Assembly (NCBI GenBank): GCA_017479785.1
Contig: JAFVBT010000083.1
Span: 1 to 50,296, forward strand
Source of the DNA: Alphaproteobacteria bacterium
GTDB lineage: Bacteria; Pseudomonadota; Alphaproteobacteria; RF32; CAG-239
Direction: 5' to 3'
Length of the DNA: 50,296 nucleotides
Made by a program: the position numbers and the translations under genes. Below, in pieces: positions 10,550 to 19,725 of the stretch. The stretch's first letter is position 1. Every line of letters begins with the position of its first letter. The notes under the pieces were generated by a model. That model was given only the letters and a program-made list of their open reading frames with translations. It was not told where the DNA came from and did not search any database.

Positions 10550-11389
10550 CTATTTTTGCAGTGTGGCGCAATAAAACGTAGAGCGACCGCCCAAAACGAT
10601 TTTTTTTATGCCTCCCGTTTGAGCGATTCGGCAACGACACTGAGGACATTTTTGCCCCGTTTTGTTATAAACGCAATGTTTTTGTTGAAAATATCCAATG
10701 TCACCATCCGGTTTTTTATAATCGTGAATGGTTGAACCGCCGGCGTTTATGGCATTTTCCAAAACGATTCGCGTGTGTTTAATCAGCAGATTCGCTTCGG
10801 CTTTCGTAACGGATTCGGCCGGGCGTTCGGGGCGGATTCGCGCACAATATAAAATTTCCGAAGCATAAATATTGCCGATTCCGCATATTATATTTTGGTT
10901 AAGCAGGGCGATTTTAATTGCAGTTTTTTTACCGGAAAATTTTTGCAATAAATAATCGGCAGTCAGATTCGCATCCCACGGATCCGGCCCTAAATTGCAA
11001 AAAAGCCTATGATTTTTTAGTTTATCGGATTCGCAAATTGTGATAAGGCCAAATCGCCGCGGATCATTATAAATAAGTGTTCCTTTTGAAGTTTGCATAA
11101 TCAGATGATCGTGTTTTTGCGGTGTTGTCGGCGGCGCGGATTCTATTTTAACATGTCCGCTCATGCCGAAATGCCAAATAATTGTTTTGCCGTTATCAAG
11201 GTGCATCAGCATATATTTAGCGATTCGCGTAAAGTCGGTAATTTGCGCGTTTTGCACTTGAGCGGCAAAATCTTGCGGAATTGGCATACGCAACTTTTGC
11301 TGGAAAATATCGGTATGCATAATTTTTGCGCCGCACAAAACTTTACTGACACTGCGTTTGATTGTTTCCACTTCCGGTAATTCGGGCAT
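10550..11389 (-). CDS. mutM: formamidopyrimidine-DNA glycosylase
   Basis: N-terminal MPELPEVETI with catalytic Pro2. C-terminal zinc finger CPQC...GGRSTFYC. Confidence 0.93.
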   Translation of the reverse strand: MPELPEVETIKRSVSKVLCGAKIMHTDIFQQKLRMPIPQDFAAQVQNAQITDFTRIAKYMLMHLDNGKTIIWHFGMSGHVKIESAPPTTPQKHDHLIMQTSKGTLIYNDPRRFGLITICESDKLKNHRLFCNLGPDPWDANLTADYLLQKFSGKKTAIKIALLNQNIICGIGNIYASEILYCARIRPERPAESVTKAEANLLIKHTRIVLENAINAGGSTIHDYKKPDGDIGYFQQKHCVYNKTGQKCPQCRCRIAQTGGIKKIVLGGRSTFYCATLQK

Positions 11390-11498
11390 ATGTTATCTCC
11401 TTGCCATATAATATATAATGCGGAAAATTCTTTGCAAATGACTTGCCTTTATTTATAAACAGGATTAAACTATCAAGCGTTTGAAGCGAAAGATTGTT

Positions 11499-12086
11499 AT
11501 GATTAAGAGAACCAAAAAATATTATGCCCCGCAAAATGAAAATCAGGTGCATCAATGTGATCACCCGGGATGTACCGAAAAAGGCGAATATCGCGCACCG
11601 AAAGATCGGAGATTAAAAGAATATTATTGGTTCTGTCTGCAACATGTTCAGGAATATAATGCTAAGTGGAATTATTATGACGGCACGAATCCTGATGAAG
11701 AAGCAGAGGAAATCAAGCGGCGTATGCATTTTAAGCAGGGCTATAAATCCAAAATTCATTATCAGTTCGGCTATGATTTATGGGAAGATGCGTCTTTCTT
11801 TGACGCAGGTTACGCCCGCAATTCCGACTATAGCAGAGAATATTCCGATGACGGCATTTATTTCACGGTGGAAGAACGCAAATACGTTCAGGTTTTGGAA
11901 ATGAATATGCGGGAAATAAATCCGGAGACCTTAAAAAAACAATATAAAAAAATGGCGAAGAAATATCATCCGGATATTAATCACAGCGATGCAAATGCCG
12001 AAGAAAAATTCAAACAAATTTCCGAGGCATATCAAAAATTAAAAGATAAATTTGAGCGGATTCCGAACTACTTTTTTAAAGAGTGA
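11499..12086 (+). CDS. J-domain protein with N-terminal Cys/His motif
   Basis: C-terminal J domain LKKQYKKMAKKYHPDIN...EEKFKQISEAYQKL. N-terminal HQCDHPGCTEKGEYRAP. The track ORF starts at TTG 11481. The first ATG is at 11499. Confidence 0.75.
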   Translation: MIKRTKKYYAPQNENQVHQCDHPGCTEKGEYRAPKDRRLKEYYWFCLQHVQEYNAKWNYYDGTNPDEEAEEIKRRMHFKQGYKSKIHYQFGYDLWEDASFFDAGYARNSDYSREYSDDGIYFTVEERKYVQVLEMNMREINPETLKKQYKKMAKKYHPDINHSDANAEEKFKQISEAYQKLKDKFERIPNYFFKE

Positions 12087-12119
12087 GAGCCTGCTCAAAA
12101 AAGGCAATTGTTGTAATTT

Positions 12120-12575
12120 TTATGCGGCGAGATTGAGGATTCGTTTTGTATAAGATTTAGCCAGTTCTATGGTTTGATATGCGCCGCCGTAGTCGTGTTC
12201 AACATAGCAGACAATAACATCGGCATTCTGCACGATATAGCGGTTACGGCGCAAAATTGCAAAACGCGGCACGCCGCGAGCTATTTCATCATTATAAATC
12301 AGTCCGTCAAACATTCTATCCAGAGATTCTTGCCTGATTTGTGAATATTTGTTCGGGTTATAAGCACAAACATACCAGACATTGATAAAATCAAATTCTT
12401 TTTTCAGCTTGAGGGTAACAACACGACAAATCCAATCAAATGTACCTTGTTCACAGCACCAAAATTCGTCAATTCCCTCGTCAATAAGCTGACGCAGTGT
12501 TTGTGTGAGTCTTTCTTCCAGTTGCGGAGTAATAACAGTGTCGCGATGCCCGAAAAAAGCACATATTCCGCTCAT
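12120..12575 (-). CDS. SLOG-family (DUF1273/YpsA-like) protein
   Basis: 151 aa. N-terminal ...CAFFGHRD motif and the length and layout of the YpsA/DUF1273 Rossmannoid family. Recognition is from memory only. Confidence 0.65.
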   Translation of the reverse strand: MSGICAFFGHRDTVITPQLEERLTQTLRQLIDEGIDEFWCCEQGTFDWICRVVTLKLKKEFDFINVWYVCAYNPNKYSQIRQESLDRMFDGLIYNDEIARGVPRFAILRRNRYIVQNADVIVCYVEHDYGGAYQTIELAKSYTKRILNLAA

Positions 12576-12598
12576 AGTACCTTGCTTTCAGCCCAAAC

Positions 12599-12795
12599 AA
12601 AAAAACACCGCATGAAGCGGTGGGCATTAGCAACTATACAATAAGATAAATAGTTCACCTTATTCGGATAAACCTTATTCAGATGATACCCACCTTGCGG
12701 TGAGTCCATCACAAAATAACTCTTGCTTAAGCAAAAGTTATCCTGTCCTTATTGTCTGGGTTGCTAAACCCGTGCCGAGTTGGACATTCTCGGCA
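12599..12795 (-). ncRNA. candidate structured leader/riboswitch-like RNA or sRNA upstream of the SLOG gene
   Basis: Has its own promoter (12802-12829). Four hairpins, including a 7-bp stem capped by a GCAA tetraloop. Intrinsic terminator CACCGC-UUCAU-GCGGUG plus U7 (12599-12622). An alternative 8-bp pairing competes with the terminator. Confidence 0.45.
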
Positions 12796-12801
12796 AAATT
12801 C

Positions 12802-12829
12802 AGTATAGGCCAAATAAGGAAAAATGCAA
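12802..12829 (-). promoter_or_regulatory. candidate sigma70 promoter
   Basis: On the minus strand: TTGCAT (12824-12829), 16-nt spacer, TATACT (12802-12807). Confidence 0.5.
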
Positions 12830-12830
12830 C

Positions 12831-12859
12831 AAAAAAACAGCCGATATTGCTATCGGCTG
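12831..12859 (-). terminator. Rho-independent terminator of the aminotransferase gene
   Basis: On the minus strand: CAGCCGATA-GCAA-TATCGGCTG followed by T7. Confidence 0.75.
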
Positions 12860-12882
12860 TTTCGGAGTCAAAAACTTGCAAA

Positions 12883-14043
12883 TTATGCGGCTTTTTTCAT
12901 TTTTGTTGCGGCAAATTCGTTCATTTTTTCAATGATGTAATCTAACTGTTCGTCAGTTAAATACGGTGTCATCGGAATGCTGCAAACCGTTTTGGAAAGC
13001 TTTTCGCAAACCGGCAAAGAACGCGTGTTCCACTTTGCATAAGCGGTTTGTGTGTTAACCGGACGCGGATAATATGCCCCGCACGGAATGCCGTTTTCCT
13101 TTAAGTATGCCATCAATTCATCACGGTTTTCACAATGAATGGTGTATAAAGCATAAGCCGATTGGCAGTTATCCAAAATCTTTTGTTTGCCGTAATAGGA
13201 GCTGAGTTCGTTATCATAGCGTTTGGCAACGCGATATCTGTTTTTTAACTCATTATCAAATACGGTTAATTTCAAAAGCAATACGGCACCCTGGAAAGAG
13301 TTCATACGGCCTGTCATTCCCAGACGAACGTTGTCATAATGGTCTTCAGGGCTCATACCGTGAACGCGGCAAGATTGAACCAATGCGTTTTCTTCTTCCG
13401 TTTTGCAGAAAGTGGCACCGCCGTCACCGTAACCGCCGAGCGGTTTGGTCGGGTAGAAAGATGTTGCGGTCATATCGGCAATGGAACCGGCCTTTTTGCC
13501 GTGATATACAGAGCCGAAACTCTGGCAAGAGTCAGCCATAACTTTCATACCGTTTTCATGGGCAATTTTGATGATTTCATCATAGTTGGCCGGTGAACCG
13601 AAAATATCTACGGCAACAACAGCCTTCAAATTCAATTTTCCTTCGGCTTTAACTTGAGCAATTGCACGCTTTAAGTCCTCCGGATCCATATTGTAAGTAT
13701 CAGGGTCGGAATCAACAAAAATCGGCGTTGCACCCAAAATAACCGGTGCTTCTGCCGAAGCTACAAAGGTGAAAGAAGAAACGAATACCGCATCACCCGG
13801 CTTAACCCCCCAAGCCATTAAACCCAATGTTAAAGCATCGGTACCCGAACCATTGGTAGAGCAATATTTTGAGCCGCAATATTCCGCGAGTTTCTGATCT
13901 AATTCTTTTGTTTCCGGACCTTGGCAATATCCGCCGTGGTCTAAAATTTTTTTAAATGATTCCAAAAATTTTTCCTGCCCGATAACTTGTTGTGTTGTTT
14001 TGCAGTCAAAAAGATAAATCGGATCACTTGGTTTGTTAGTCAT
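12883..14043 (-). CDS. DegT/DnrJ/EryC1/StrS-family PLP-dependent sugar aminotransferase
   Basis: 386 aa. Family-typical layout (...GSGTDALTLGL..., ...SFYPTKPLGGYGDGG...). Confidence 0.9.
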   Translation of the reverse strand: MTNKPSDPIYLFDCKTTQQVIGQEKFLESFKKILDHGGYCQGPETKELDQKLAEYCGSKYCSTNGSGTDALTLGLMAWGVKPGDAVFVSSFTFVASAEAPVILGATPIFVDSDPDTYNMDPEDLKRAIAQVKAEGKLNLKAVVAVDIFGSPANYDEIIKIAHENGMKVMADSCQSFGSVYHGKKAGSIADMTATSFYPTKPLGGYGDGGATFCKTEEENALVQSCRVHGMSPEDHYDNVRLGMTGRMNSFQGAVLLLKLTVFDNELKNRYRVAKRYDNELSSYYGKQKILDNCQSAYALYTIHCENRDELMAYLKENGIPCGAYYPRPVNTQTAYAKWNTRSLPVCEKLSKTVCSIPMTPYLTDEQLDYIIEKMNEFAATKMKKAA

Positions 14044-14152
14044 ATTTTTTTCCTTATCAAAATTGTTTTAACTGCCTAAGATTTACACCGTTTTATATGT
14101 CGGTGCAACACACAAAAAATTACGAATTGTAACAAAAAGGGTAAAATGCAAT

Positions 14153-14185
14153 AAAAACAGCGGTGAGCCGAGGGGCTGACCGCTG
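14153..14185 (-). terminator. Rho-independent terminator
   Basis: On the minus strand: CAGCGGT ... ACCGCTG stem followed by TTTTT. Confidence 0.7.
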
Positions 14186-14207
14186 TTTGAAACTCTGCAA
14201 AAAAAGC

Positions 14208-14588
14208 TTAATCTGCCGGTTTGTGTGCCAGCACGTACATTTGTACCATAAAACGGATAATCCAGAACACCGCAATGTAATATCCAATGTCCAAAGCGCA
14301 ATCAAGTGGCAAGATGTCGCCATAGACGTTGAAATAAAGCAAACCGTAACACACAATATGTGCCGCCACACCGGCAAAAGATAAGCCATAGGCGATGTGA
14401 TTGTAAGGATCCGGCTCGCTTATGTTATAATACAAAAACGCACACTCCGCGCAGATGAACGCGTTAATCGCAACCACAAGCCACCCGAAGTTAGCATGAC
14501 GCAGAAGCATTTCGGTTGCAAAGTAACCGAAGACGATCATTAAGATTGCACAAGCGAAATAGCTTGTAAAAGTCTTGAGATTTTTCAT
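14208..14588 (-). CDS. hypothetical integral membrane protein (about 4 TM)
   Basis: 126 aa with four hydrophobic segments. No family recognised. Confidence 0.65.
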   Translation of the reverse strand: MKNLKTFTSYFACAILMIVFGYFATEMLLRHANFGWLVVAINAFICAECAFLYYNISEPDPYNHIAYGLSFAGVAAHIVCYGLLYFNVYGDILPLDCALDIGYYIAVFWIIRFMVQMYVLAHKPAD

Positions 14589-14731
14589 AAGAATTGAATT
14601 AATAAGGAGATTAATAATTGATAAAAGATGTATTCAGATTATCATATTTTTGCTACAAGTCAACGTCATTTATCTTGATTTTTTGAAACAAATTGTTATG
14701 ATACACGCGAATTTTATATGAAAGCAGGGTT

Positions 14732-16177
14732 ATGGCGCAAAAAGCGGAAATTTTAAAGAACTTGGATGAAAAGTATAAATACGGCTTTATAACAGATATT
14801 AAAGCCGATACCGTGCCGTGTGGCTTAAATGAAGACATCATCCGTATGATTTCCGCCAAAAAGAACGAGCCTGAATGGCTTTTGGAGCGACGTTTGAAGG
14901 CCTATCGCCATTGGCTGACAATGAAAGAACCGACATGGGCAAAACTTATCTATGATAAGGTTGATTTTCAGGCTTTGAGCTATTATGCAGCGCCGGTGCA
15001 GAAAAAACAGCCCAAGAGTTTGGATGAGGTTGATAAAAATTTGTTGGAAACCTATAATAAACTCGGGATTCCTTTGAAAGAACAGGAAGCACTTGCCGGC
15101 GTTGTGGCGGTAGACGCGGTGTTTGACAGCGTTTCGGTGGCTACCACGTATCGGGCGCAGTTGGCTGAAAAAGGTATTATATTCTGTTCAATTTCTGAGG
15201 CAATCAAAGAACATCCGGATTTGGTGCAAAAATATTTGGGATCGGTTGTACCTTATACCGATAATTTCTATGCCTGCCTAAATTCCGCGGTGTTTACGGA
15301 TGGCTCGTTTGTGTATATTCCGAAGGGCGTGAAAGCGCCGATTGAACTTTCAACCTATTTTCGCATTAATGCCAAAAATACCGGACAATTTGAGCGCACG
15401 CTGATTGTTGCCGAAGATGACAGTTATGTTTCATATTTGGAGGGATGTACCGCACCGCAACGCGATGAAAATCAGCTGCATGCGGCAATTGTGGAAATTG
15501 TGGTGATGAATAATGCCGAAGTAAAGTATTCCACAGTGCAGAATTGGTATCCGGGTGATAAGGACGGCAAAGGCGGTGTTTATAATTTTGTGACCAAGCG
15601 TGCGGCTTGCCGGGGGGTTAATTCAAAGGTTTCGTGGACACAAGTTGAAACCGGCTCGGCTGTGACATGGAAATATCCGTCGTGTATTTTGCAAGGAGAC
15701 AATTCTGTCGGGGAATTTTATTCGGTTGCCGTAACGCATCATAAGCAACAGGCAGATACCGGTACTAAAATGATTCATATCGGTAAAAATACACGTTCAA
15801 AAATCATATCCAAAGGTATTTCTGCCGGATTCTCCAATCAAACATATCGCGGATTGGTAGATGTCGGAATAAATGCCGATAACGCGCGTAATTATTCGCA
15901 GTGTGACAGTTTACTTATCGGCTCTGCTTGCGGTTCGCATACGGTGCCGTATGTCAGAAATCGCAATAAAACGGCAGTTCTGGAGCACGAAGCCACAACA
16001 TCTAAAATCAGTGAAGAACAGCTTTTTTACTGCCAACAGCGCGGACTTAACGAAGAAGAGGCTGTGGGCTTGATTGTGAACGGTTTTTGCAAAGAAGTTA
16101 TGCAAAAATTGCCGATGGAATTTGCCATAGAAGCGGCTAAACTTATTAATATCAGCTTAGAAGGGAGTGTCGGATAA
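14732..16177 (+). CDS. sufB: Fe-S cluster assembly protein SufB
   Basis: 481 aa, strongly SufB-like throughout. Followed by sufC and sufD. Confidence 0.95.
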   Translation: MAQKAEILKNLDEKYKYGFITDIKADTVPCGLNEDIIRMISAKKNEPEWLLERRLKAYRHWLTMKEPTWAKLIYDKVDFQALSYYAAPVQKKQPKSLDEVDKNLLETYNKLGIPLKEQEALAGVVAVDAVFDSVSVATTYRAQLAEKGIIFCSISEAIKEHPDLVQKYLGSVVPYTDNFYACLNSAVFTDGSFVYIPKGVKAPIELSTYFRINAKNTGQFERTLIVAEDDSYVSYLEGCTAPQRDENQLHAAIVEIVVMNNAEVKYSTVQNWYPGDKDGKGGVYNFVTKRAACRGVNSKVSWTQVETGSAVTWKYPSCILQGDNSVGEFYSVAVTHHKQQADTGTKMIHIGKNTRSKIISKGISAGFSNQTYRGLVDVGINADNARNYSQCDSLLIGSACGSHTVPYVRNRNKTAVLEHEATTSKISEEQLFYCQQRGLNEEEAVGLIVNGFCKEVMQKLPMEFAIEAAKLINISLEGSVG

Positions 16178-16189
16178 TGACTGCCAAAA

Positions 16190-16222
16190 TCGTCATTCTG
16201 AGCGCAGTGAAGAAACCGGGAG
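16190..16222 (+). repeat. GC-rich GTCATT-type short element in the sufB-sufC spacer
   Basis: CGTCATTCTGAGCGCAGTGAAGAAACCGGG. Same GTCATT-plus-GC-rich pattern as at 38925 and 40053 (reverse). Confidence 0.3.
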
Positions 16223-16229
16223 AATAAAG

Positions 16230-16991
16230 ATGGGTAAACCGATTCTGGAAATTAAAAATTTATCGGCCAAAGTGGCAGATAAAGAAATTATCAAAAACTT
16301 GAATCTGACGATTAATGCCGGTGAAGTTCATGCGCTTATGGGACCGAATGGTACCGGAAAATCAACGCTTTCGTACATTCTGACCGGCAAACCGGGATAT
16401 GAAATTACCGACGGCGAAATTTTGTTTCACGGACGCGACTTAACAACTCTAAAGCCTGAAGAACGCGCATGTGCCGGCATCTTTTTAAGTATGCAATATC
16501 CGGTGGCAATTCCGGGCGTGGCGTCAAATAATTTTTTAAAACATGCGGTTAATGCAAAACGCAAATATGAAGGCAAGCCGGAATTGGATGCCGCCGAATT
16601 TTTGAAACTGTTGCGCGGCGTAGCAAAAGATTTGGATATCAGTGCCGAAATGCTTAAGCGAGAAATTAATGTCGGTTTTTCCGGCGGTGAAAAAAAACGC
16701 ATGGAAATTTTGCAAATGAGCCTGTTACAACCGAAACTCGCTATTTTGGATGAAGCCGATTCGGGGTTGGATATTGATGCCTTAAAAATTGTTGCCGAGG
16801 GCGTGAACAAGTGGCATAACAATGATAATTCATTGCTGATAATTACCCACCATCAGGATTTACTCAATCATATTCAGCCGGATGTTGTGCACATTTATGC
16901 AGACGGACATATTGTGAAGTCGGGTGATAAAAATTTGGCAATTGAGCTTGAAAAATCGGGCTATAAGGCTTTTGTGGACACTAAAGAATGA
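16230..16991 (+). CDS. sufC: Fe-S cluster assembly ATPase SufC
   Basis: Walker A GPNGTGKST and ABC signature FSGGEKKR. The track ORF begins at GTG 16167 inside the repeat element. ATG 16230 (MGKPILEIKNLS) matches the usual SufC N-terminus. Confidence 0.93.
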   Translation: MGKPILEIKNLSAKVADKEIIKNLNLTINAGEVHALMGPNGTGKSTLSYILTGKPGYEITDGEILFHGRDLTTLKPEERACAGIFLSMQYPVAIPGVASNNFLKHAVNAKRKYEGKPELDAAEFLKLLRGVAKDLDISAEMLKREINVGFSGGEKKRMEILQMSLLQPKLAILDEADSGLDIDALKIVAEGVNKWHNNDNSLLIITHHQDLLNHIQPDVVHIYADGHIVKSGDKNLAIELEKSGYKAFVDTKE

Positions 16992-18223
16992 AGTTAACCG
17001 AGCAAGATATAACCTTGTGGGGGAATGATATTCCGTGGTTGGCAGGACTGCGCGAAAAGGGCATGCGTGCGTTTACGGCAACCGGTTTGCCGACAGCAAA
17101 GACCGAGGCATGGAAATATTCCTTTAACGCCGTCGGCAATATGGAAAATCTGCAAATTGATACCGCACCGCACGAGTGCAACGGGCATTGTCATCATTCG
17201 GAAGAATTGCCGTTCGCTGCATATTACATTGACTTTTGCAATGGTAAGTTGCAAGGCGAACATTTTGATTTGCCGCGCGGTGTCAGTGTAAAGCCGCTTG
17301 TTGAGGCAATATATGACGGGGATGCAAAATCTTATTTGAACAAATCGTTTGCGGTGGAAAAATTTCCGTTTGCCGCACTGAATGCCGCTTATTTGGAACA
17401 GGGAGCGATGATTGTCGTTGAGCGTAATACCGTTTTGGATAAACCGATTGTCATTCGTTATCATGCGCATAAAAGTCAAAATCTTTTCTGCAACATTCGC
17501 AATATTATTGCTTTGGAAGCAAGAGCAAAAGCCGAAATTATAGAATACATTGATATTGAGGAAAGCACTTGTTTTCATAATGCGGTTAACGAGATTTTTT
17601 TGGCGGCAGACAGTATATTAAAGCATTATAAGCTGCAAAAAGAGGGAAAAACAAAGTATGTGTCGCTAAACAGCGTGCAACAGAGAAGTAATAGCCATTA
17701 TAAATGTTTTGTGTTGCAAAAAGAGAATGCATTGGCGCGGCACGAAAGTTATATTAATTTATTGCAAGAAGGGGCTTGTGCCGAAGTTGACGGTGCTTAT
17801 CGTTTAAACGAAAGCGGCGTTTCGGATATAACGACCAATATTCGCCATTTGGCACCGCATACCACATCAAATCAGTTGGTAAAAGGTGTGGTTGCCGGTA
17901 AGGCTAAAGGAGTTTTTCAAGGGCAGATTCATATTGCGCCGGATGCTCAGCAAACAGAAGGGCATCAGTTGCATCGTGCTTTGTTGTTAAGTGATGAGGG
18001 TGAGGTAGACTGCAAGCCTGAGTTGGAAATTTTTGCCGATGATGTGAAGTGTTCGCACGGCGCAACTTGCGGCGATTTAGATAAGGAACAGCTGTTTTAT
18101 ATGCAATCACGCGGTATTTGTATGGAAGAGGCGCGGCAGATTTTGATTGAAGCCTATCTGCAAGAAGTTTTGAATATGATTGATAATTCGGAAATTGCCG
18201 CTTGGATAAGTAAGAATCTTTAG
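16988..18223 (+). CDS. sufD: Fe-S cluster assembly protein SufD
   Basis: 411 aa. ATGA overlap with sufC. SufB/D-type C-terminal beta-helix region. Confidence 0.9.
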   Translation: MKLTEQDITLWGNDIPWLAGLREKGMRAFTATGLPTAKTEAWKYSFNAVGNMENLQIDTAPHECNGHCHHSEELPFAAYYIDFCNGKLQGEHFDLPRGVSVKPLVEAIYDGDAKSYLNKSFAVEKFPFAALNAAYLEQGAMIVVERNTVLDKPIVIRYHAHKSQNLFCNIRNIIALEARAKAEIIEYIDIEESTCFHNAVNEIFLAADSILKHYKLQKEGKTKYVSLNSVQQRSNSHYKCFVLQKENALARHESYINLLQEGACAEVDGAYRLNESGVSDITTNIRHLAPHTTSNQLVKGVVAGKAKGVFQGQIHIAPDAQQTEGHQLHRALLLSDEGEVDCKPELEIFADDVKCSHGATCGDLDKEQLFYMQSRGICMEEARQILIEAYLQEVLNMIDNSEIAAWISKNL

Positions 18224-18771
18224 TCGTGTTTTATTGTGCTCAGTGTTTGGTAAATTTCGTCTGCCGACGATTTATCAAAACAAGTTAAGTCAAATTTTTG
18301 CCATATTTCTAATGGTAAAGCAGGCTTTTGTAAAAGCTGAGTTTCAAAGTTTTCCGCCAGCATTTCCGCCCAATTATCGGCAGTCAGCAAACACACATCG
18401 CCGGCTGCCAAAAACGGAAGCCCAAGTTTTTCAACAACGGGTAAATGTGTGACAAAGTGATAATATTGCACTGCATTGTCAGTGTTTTGCAACAAACCGT
18501 TGATAAATTTTTGTATCGTAAATTTCGGGGCGCTTTCTTCTAAAAATTCTGTTTCAATGAGATGGTTACAACCCATACCCAAGGCTTCAAATTTCGCGGT
18601 TTCCGCGGCTCTGGCCAATGGCGAATGATAAACGGTTGCGCACGGCGGCAGAACAGTTGCGAGCAGTGTTCCGGTATGATAAGCCGCAAGCATATCTTCG
18701 CGCGCAATCGCCGTATCATCACCATAGCGTTCGTGACGTCCGAAAGTTAAATAAACCTTATTTTTCGGCAT
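18220..18771 (-). CDS. histidine phosphatase superfamily protein (SixA-like)
   Basis: N-terminal ...LTFGRHE... (RHG-type motif) and a later ...FVTHLP... His motif. 183 aa. Confidence 0.55.
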   Translation of the reverse strand: MPKNKVYLTFGRHERYGDDTAIAREDMLAAYHTGTLLATVLPPCATVYHSPLARAAETAKFEALGMGCNHLIETEFLEESAPKFTIQKFINGLLQNTDNAVQYYHFVTHLPVVEKLGLPFLAAGDVCLLTADNWAEMLAENFETQLLQKPALPLEIWQKFDLTCFDKSSADEIYQTLSTIKHD

Positions 18772-19723
18772 TCGGAGCCTTTTTGAACAATGATAACAAA
18801 ATGCCGCCGGTTAACAAACCGAGAGTAACAGTTAAAGATTGCCATTCATGTACCGTGATGCCGAATTTAGGCAGAAAAATCTTAATGCCGATAAAGATTA
18901 AAATAATGGAAATTGCCGGTTTTAAATAAGCAAATTTGCTGATAATCGCTGCCAACAAAAAGTATAGCGCACGCAAACCCAAAATAGCGAAAATGTTGCT
19001 GGTGTACACAATATAAACATCGGTTGTAACCAGAAAAATTGCCGGAATACTGTCAAGCGCAAAAACCACATCCATCGTTTCAATAATTAAAAGGGCAAAG
19101 AACAGCGGTGTGATATAGTGTTTACCGTTTTTCTTGATAAAAAAATGCTCGCCGTGAATTTCATGCGTTACGTGAAAAAATTTAGAAACGATTTTGTAGA
19201 TTTTGCTGTCTTTGATATTTCCCGTTTCTTCATCTTTTGTCAGCAGCATTTTAATACCGGTATAAATCAAAAATGCCGAGAATAAATACAGCACCCAATG
19301 GAATTTAACCACTAATGCATCGCCGATTCCGATTAGAATACCGCGCATCACCAGAGCACCGATAATACCCCAAAACAACACACGATGCTGATACATTTTC
19401 GGCACTCCGAGTGAGGCGAAAATCATGGACATCACAAAGATATTGTCCATGGAAAGACTCTTTTCCAACAGATAACCGGTGTAATAATCCATGCCTTTTT
19501 CCGGACCGTCTTCTATCCACACAAATATGCCGAACAATAAGGCGGCCGCAATATAGGCAATGCATATCCATAAAGTGTGCCAAAAGTGCGGCTCTTCATT
19601 TTTGCGGTTAAACCAGAACAAGTCCGCCGCCAACAAAATAACCACGGCAATGCCGAAAAAAGTCCACAGCCAAAAAGGTGACAGAGATTCATGTGCAGTC
19701 ATTAAAGAATTAAGTGTTTCCAT
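18758..19723 (-). CDS. TerC-family integral membrane protein
   Basis: Multi-TM protein with LEKSLSMDNIFV and ...ALDSIPA... TerC motifs. The track start at 19747 is TTG. ATG 19723 lies 2 nt after the galE stop. Confidence 0.85.
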   Translation of the reverse strand: METLNSLMTAHESLSPFWLWTFFGIAVVILLAADLFWFNRKNEEPHFWHTLWICIAYIAAALLFGIFVWIEDGPEKGMDYYTGYLLEKSLSMDNIFVMSMIFASLGVPKMYQHRVLFWGIIGALVMRGILIGIGDALVVKFHWVLYLFSAFLIYTGIKMLLTKDEETGNIKDSKIYKIVSKFFHVTHEIHGEHFFIKKNGKHYITPLFFALLIIETMDVVFALDSIPAIFLVTTDVYIVYTSNIFAILGLRALYFLLAAIISKFAYLKPAISIILIFIGIKIFLPKFGITVHEWQSLTVTLGLLTGGILLSLFKKAPNAEK

Positions 19724-19725
19724 TT

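Noticed and set aside
12700-12945. 81-aa plus-strand ORF in the SLOG/aminotransferase spacer
   Set aside because: It runs across two minus-strand terminator hairpins and a promoter and into the 3' end of the aminotransferase gene. It has no SD. The region is better explained as a structured minus-strand RNA.
14589-14731. Fur/iron box upstream of sufB
   Set aside because: Only isolated TGATAA/TTATCA hexamers with 14-nt spacing are present. There is no 19-bp Fur-box-like palindrome, so the evidence is too weak to call.
16167-16229. N-terminal extensions given by the ORF track for sufC. The same applies to TerC (19747), galE (20751), OMP2 (23571), rlmH (40654), lipoprotein (44068), yajC (47182), the J-domain protein (11481) and the zinc-ribbon protein (30028).
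   Set aside because: These start at TTG or GTG (or at ATGs without an SD). They add residues not typical of the families. Downstream ATGs with good SDs give canonical N-termini or signal peptides.
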